Shown here: piece by piece, positions 63,082-64,000 of the stretch
Position numbering within the stretch: position 1 is the stretch's first letter
Layout of the letters: each line of letters starts with the position of its first letter
Assembly: GCF_009834535.1 (NCBI RefSeq)
Contig: NC_045714.1
Coordinates: 27,962,001-28,026,000, forward strand
DNA length: 64,000 nt
Direction: 5' to 3'
From: Camelus ferus
Lineage: Eukaryota
Notes under the pieces: model-generated
Told to the model about the DNA's origin: nothing
What the model saw: the letters and a program-made list of their open reading frames with translations, nothing else
The model's database searches: none
Position numbers and translations under genes: made by a program

Positions 63082-64000
63082 GGTCTGAGCACATTATTGT
63101 GTGGAATGGTCCAAGACATCAACTACTTAATACAGAAGAAGAAGAAAAGACTTGGGGTGGGAAGGACAGAATGGTGCGCCAGAAGGTGGGAGCCAAGCCC
63201 TCGAGATGTGGTGACTCAGTGCTCTGCTCCTGAGTGGGGTCGTAACCAGGGTCCTCACCTTCTCCCAGCCTCATCCTTGAAGCCGGGGTAGTAACAGGAC
63301 CTTCCTCACAGGCAGATGATGAGCAGCAAATAAAAAGGAAAGTGCCCAGCTGCTGTGGCTTTTATTAAATTAATCATTTGTATTATTGTTATTATTGTGG
63401 ACAAGCTGGTAGCCATATAATGTTGAGAAAATGAAAACAACTGAGGGTGGGTTTCAGGTAGGCAGATTTCAGCCCAACACAAGAACGGTCTTCTCATCTT
63501 ACTGCCTGCCTGACGGTCAGATGAACACACTCTCGGAGTTCAAAATCGCTGCTCTTGCCCCAGAGGCGGCATGAACCGAGGCGGATGCAGAGGTGCCTGC
63601 AGGAGAGTGATAACTTGTACTGAATGACTGCAATGTTTTTCTCCTCTGTGATTATGTTTAAGAAGGTTTTATGTGCCCCTGAAATATGAGTCCCTATCAA
63701 TTTCTTGATAGGGAAGTATGATGCACCAGTTGACAGATTAGGACGGTGTCCTGCAAACTTTTAAGTTTTAAAAGACCACTAGCAATGCAAAACTGAATGA
63801 GAAAACAAGCTGGCTCCATTTTGCCTGAAAGGTGAATGGAGGGGCAAGACCAGAGCATCAACAAGTGCATAAGGCTGGTGGATTAACCCAGGAAGGGGCT
63901 GGTCCCAAACAGCAGACCCAGAGGTTCTTCCAGGGTCCTGCAGAGGTACGTGGTGTTCCCTTCATGCTGGGCCCCTTCAATCTGGGCCCACTGACAGTTT

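Overview
Mammalian (eutherian) genomic DNA. It is most likely camelid (alpaca or camel), inferred from three copies of a tRNA-derived SINE resembling the camelid vic-1 family and from cetartiodactyl-type L1 3' ends. The window looks like a repeat-rich intron or intergenic interval from a short-read assembly with three N gaps, all inside repeats. I recognise no known protein-coding exon, RNA gene or CRISPR array, and the six-frame ORFs look like chance ORFs or repeat remnants. The best-supported content is transposon-derived: a decayed ERV-L provirus (about 7.3-11.7 kb) with a nested MLT1B LTR, two related solo LTRs near 56.7 and 62.5 kb, L1, L2 and MIR fragments, hAT-type MERs, microsatellites and a 3x31 bp minisatellite. 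The most interesting unexplained signal is a GC-rich block at about 25.5-26.0 kb. It carries two tandem minus-strand Kozak-ATG / short ORF / strong donor modules, both phase 0, and there are phase-compatible candidate exons at 21.5 and 20.4 kb. An AP-1 site cluster lies inside the ERV-L. All repeat family names come from remembered consensus sequences, not a database search. All exon and regulatory calls are unverified hypotheses.
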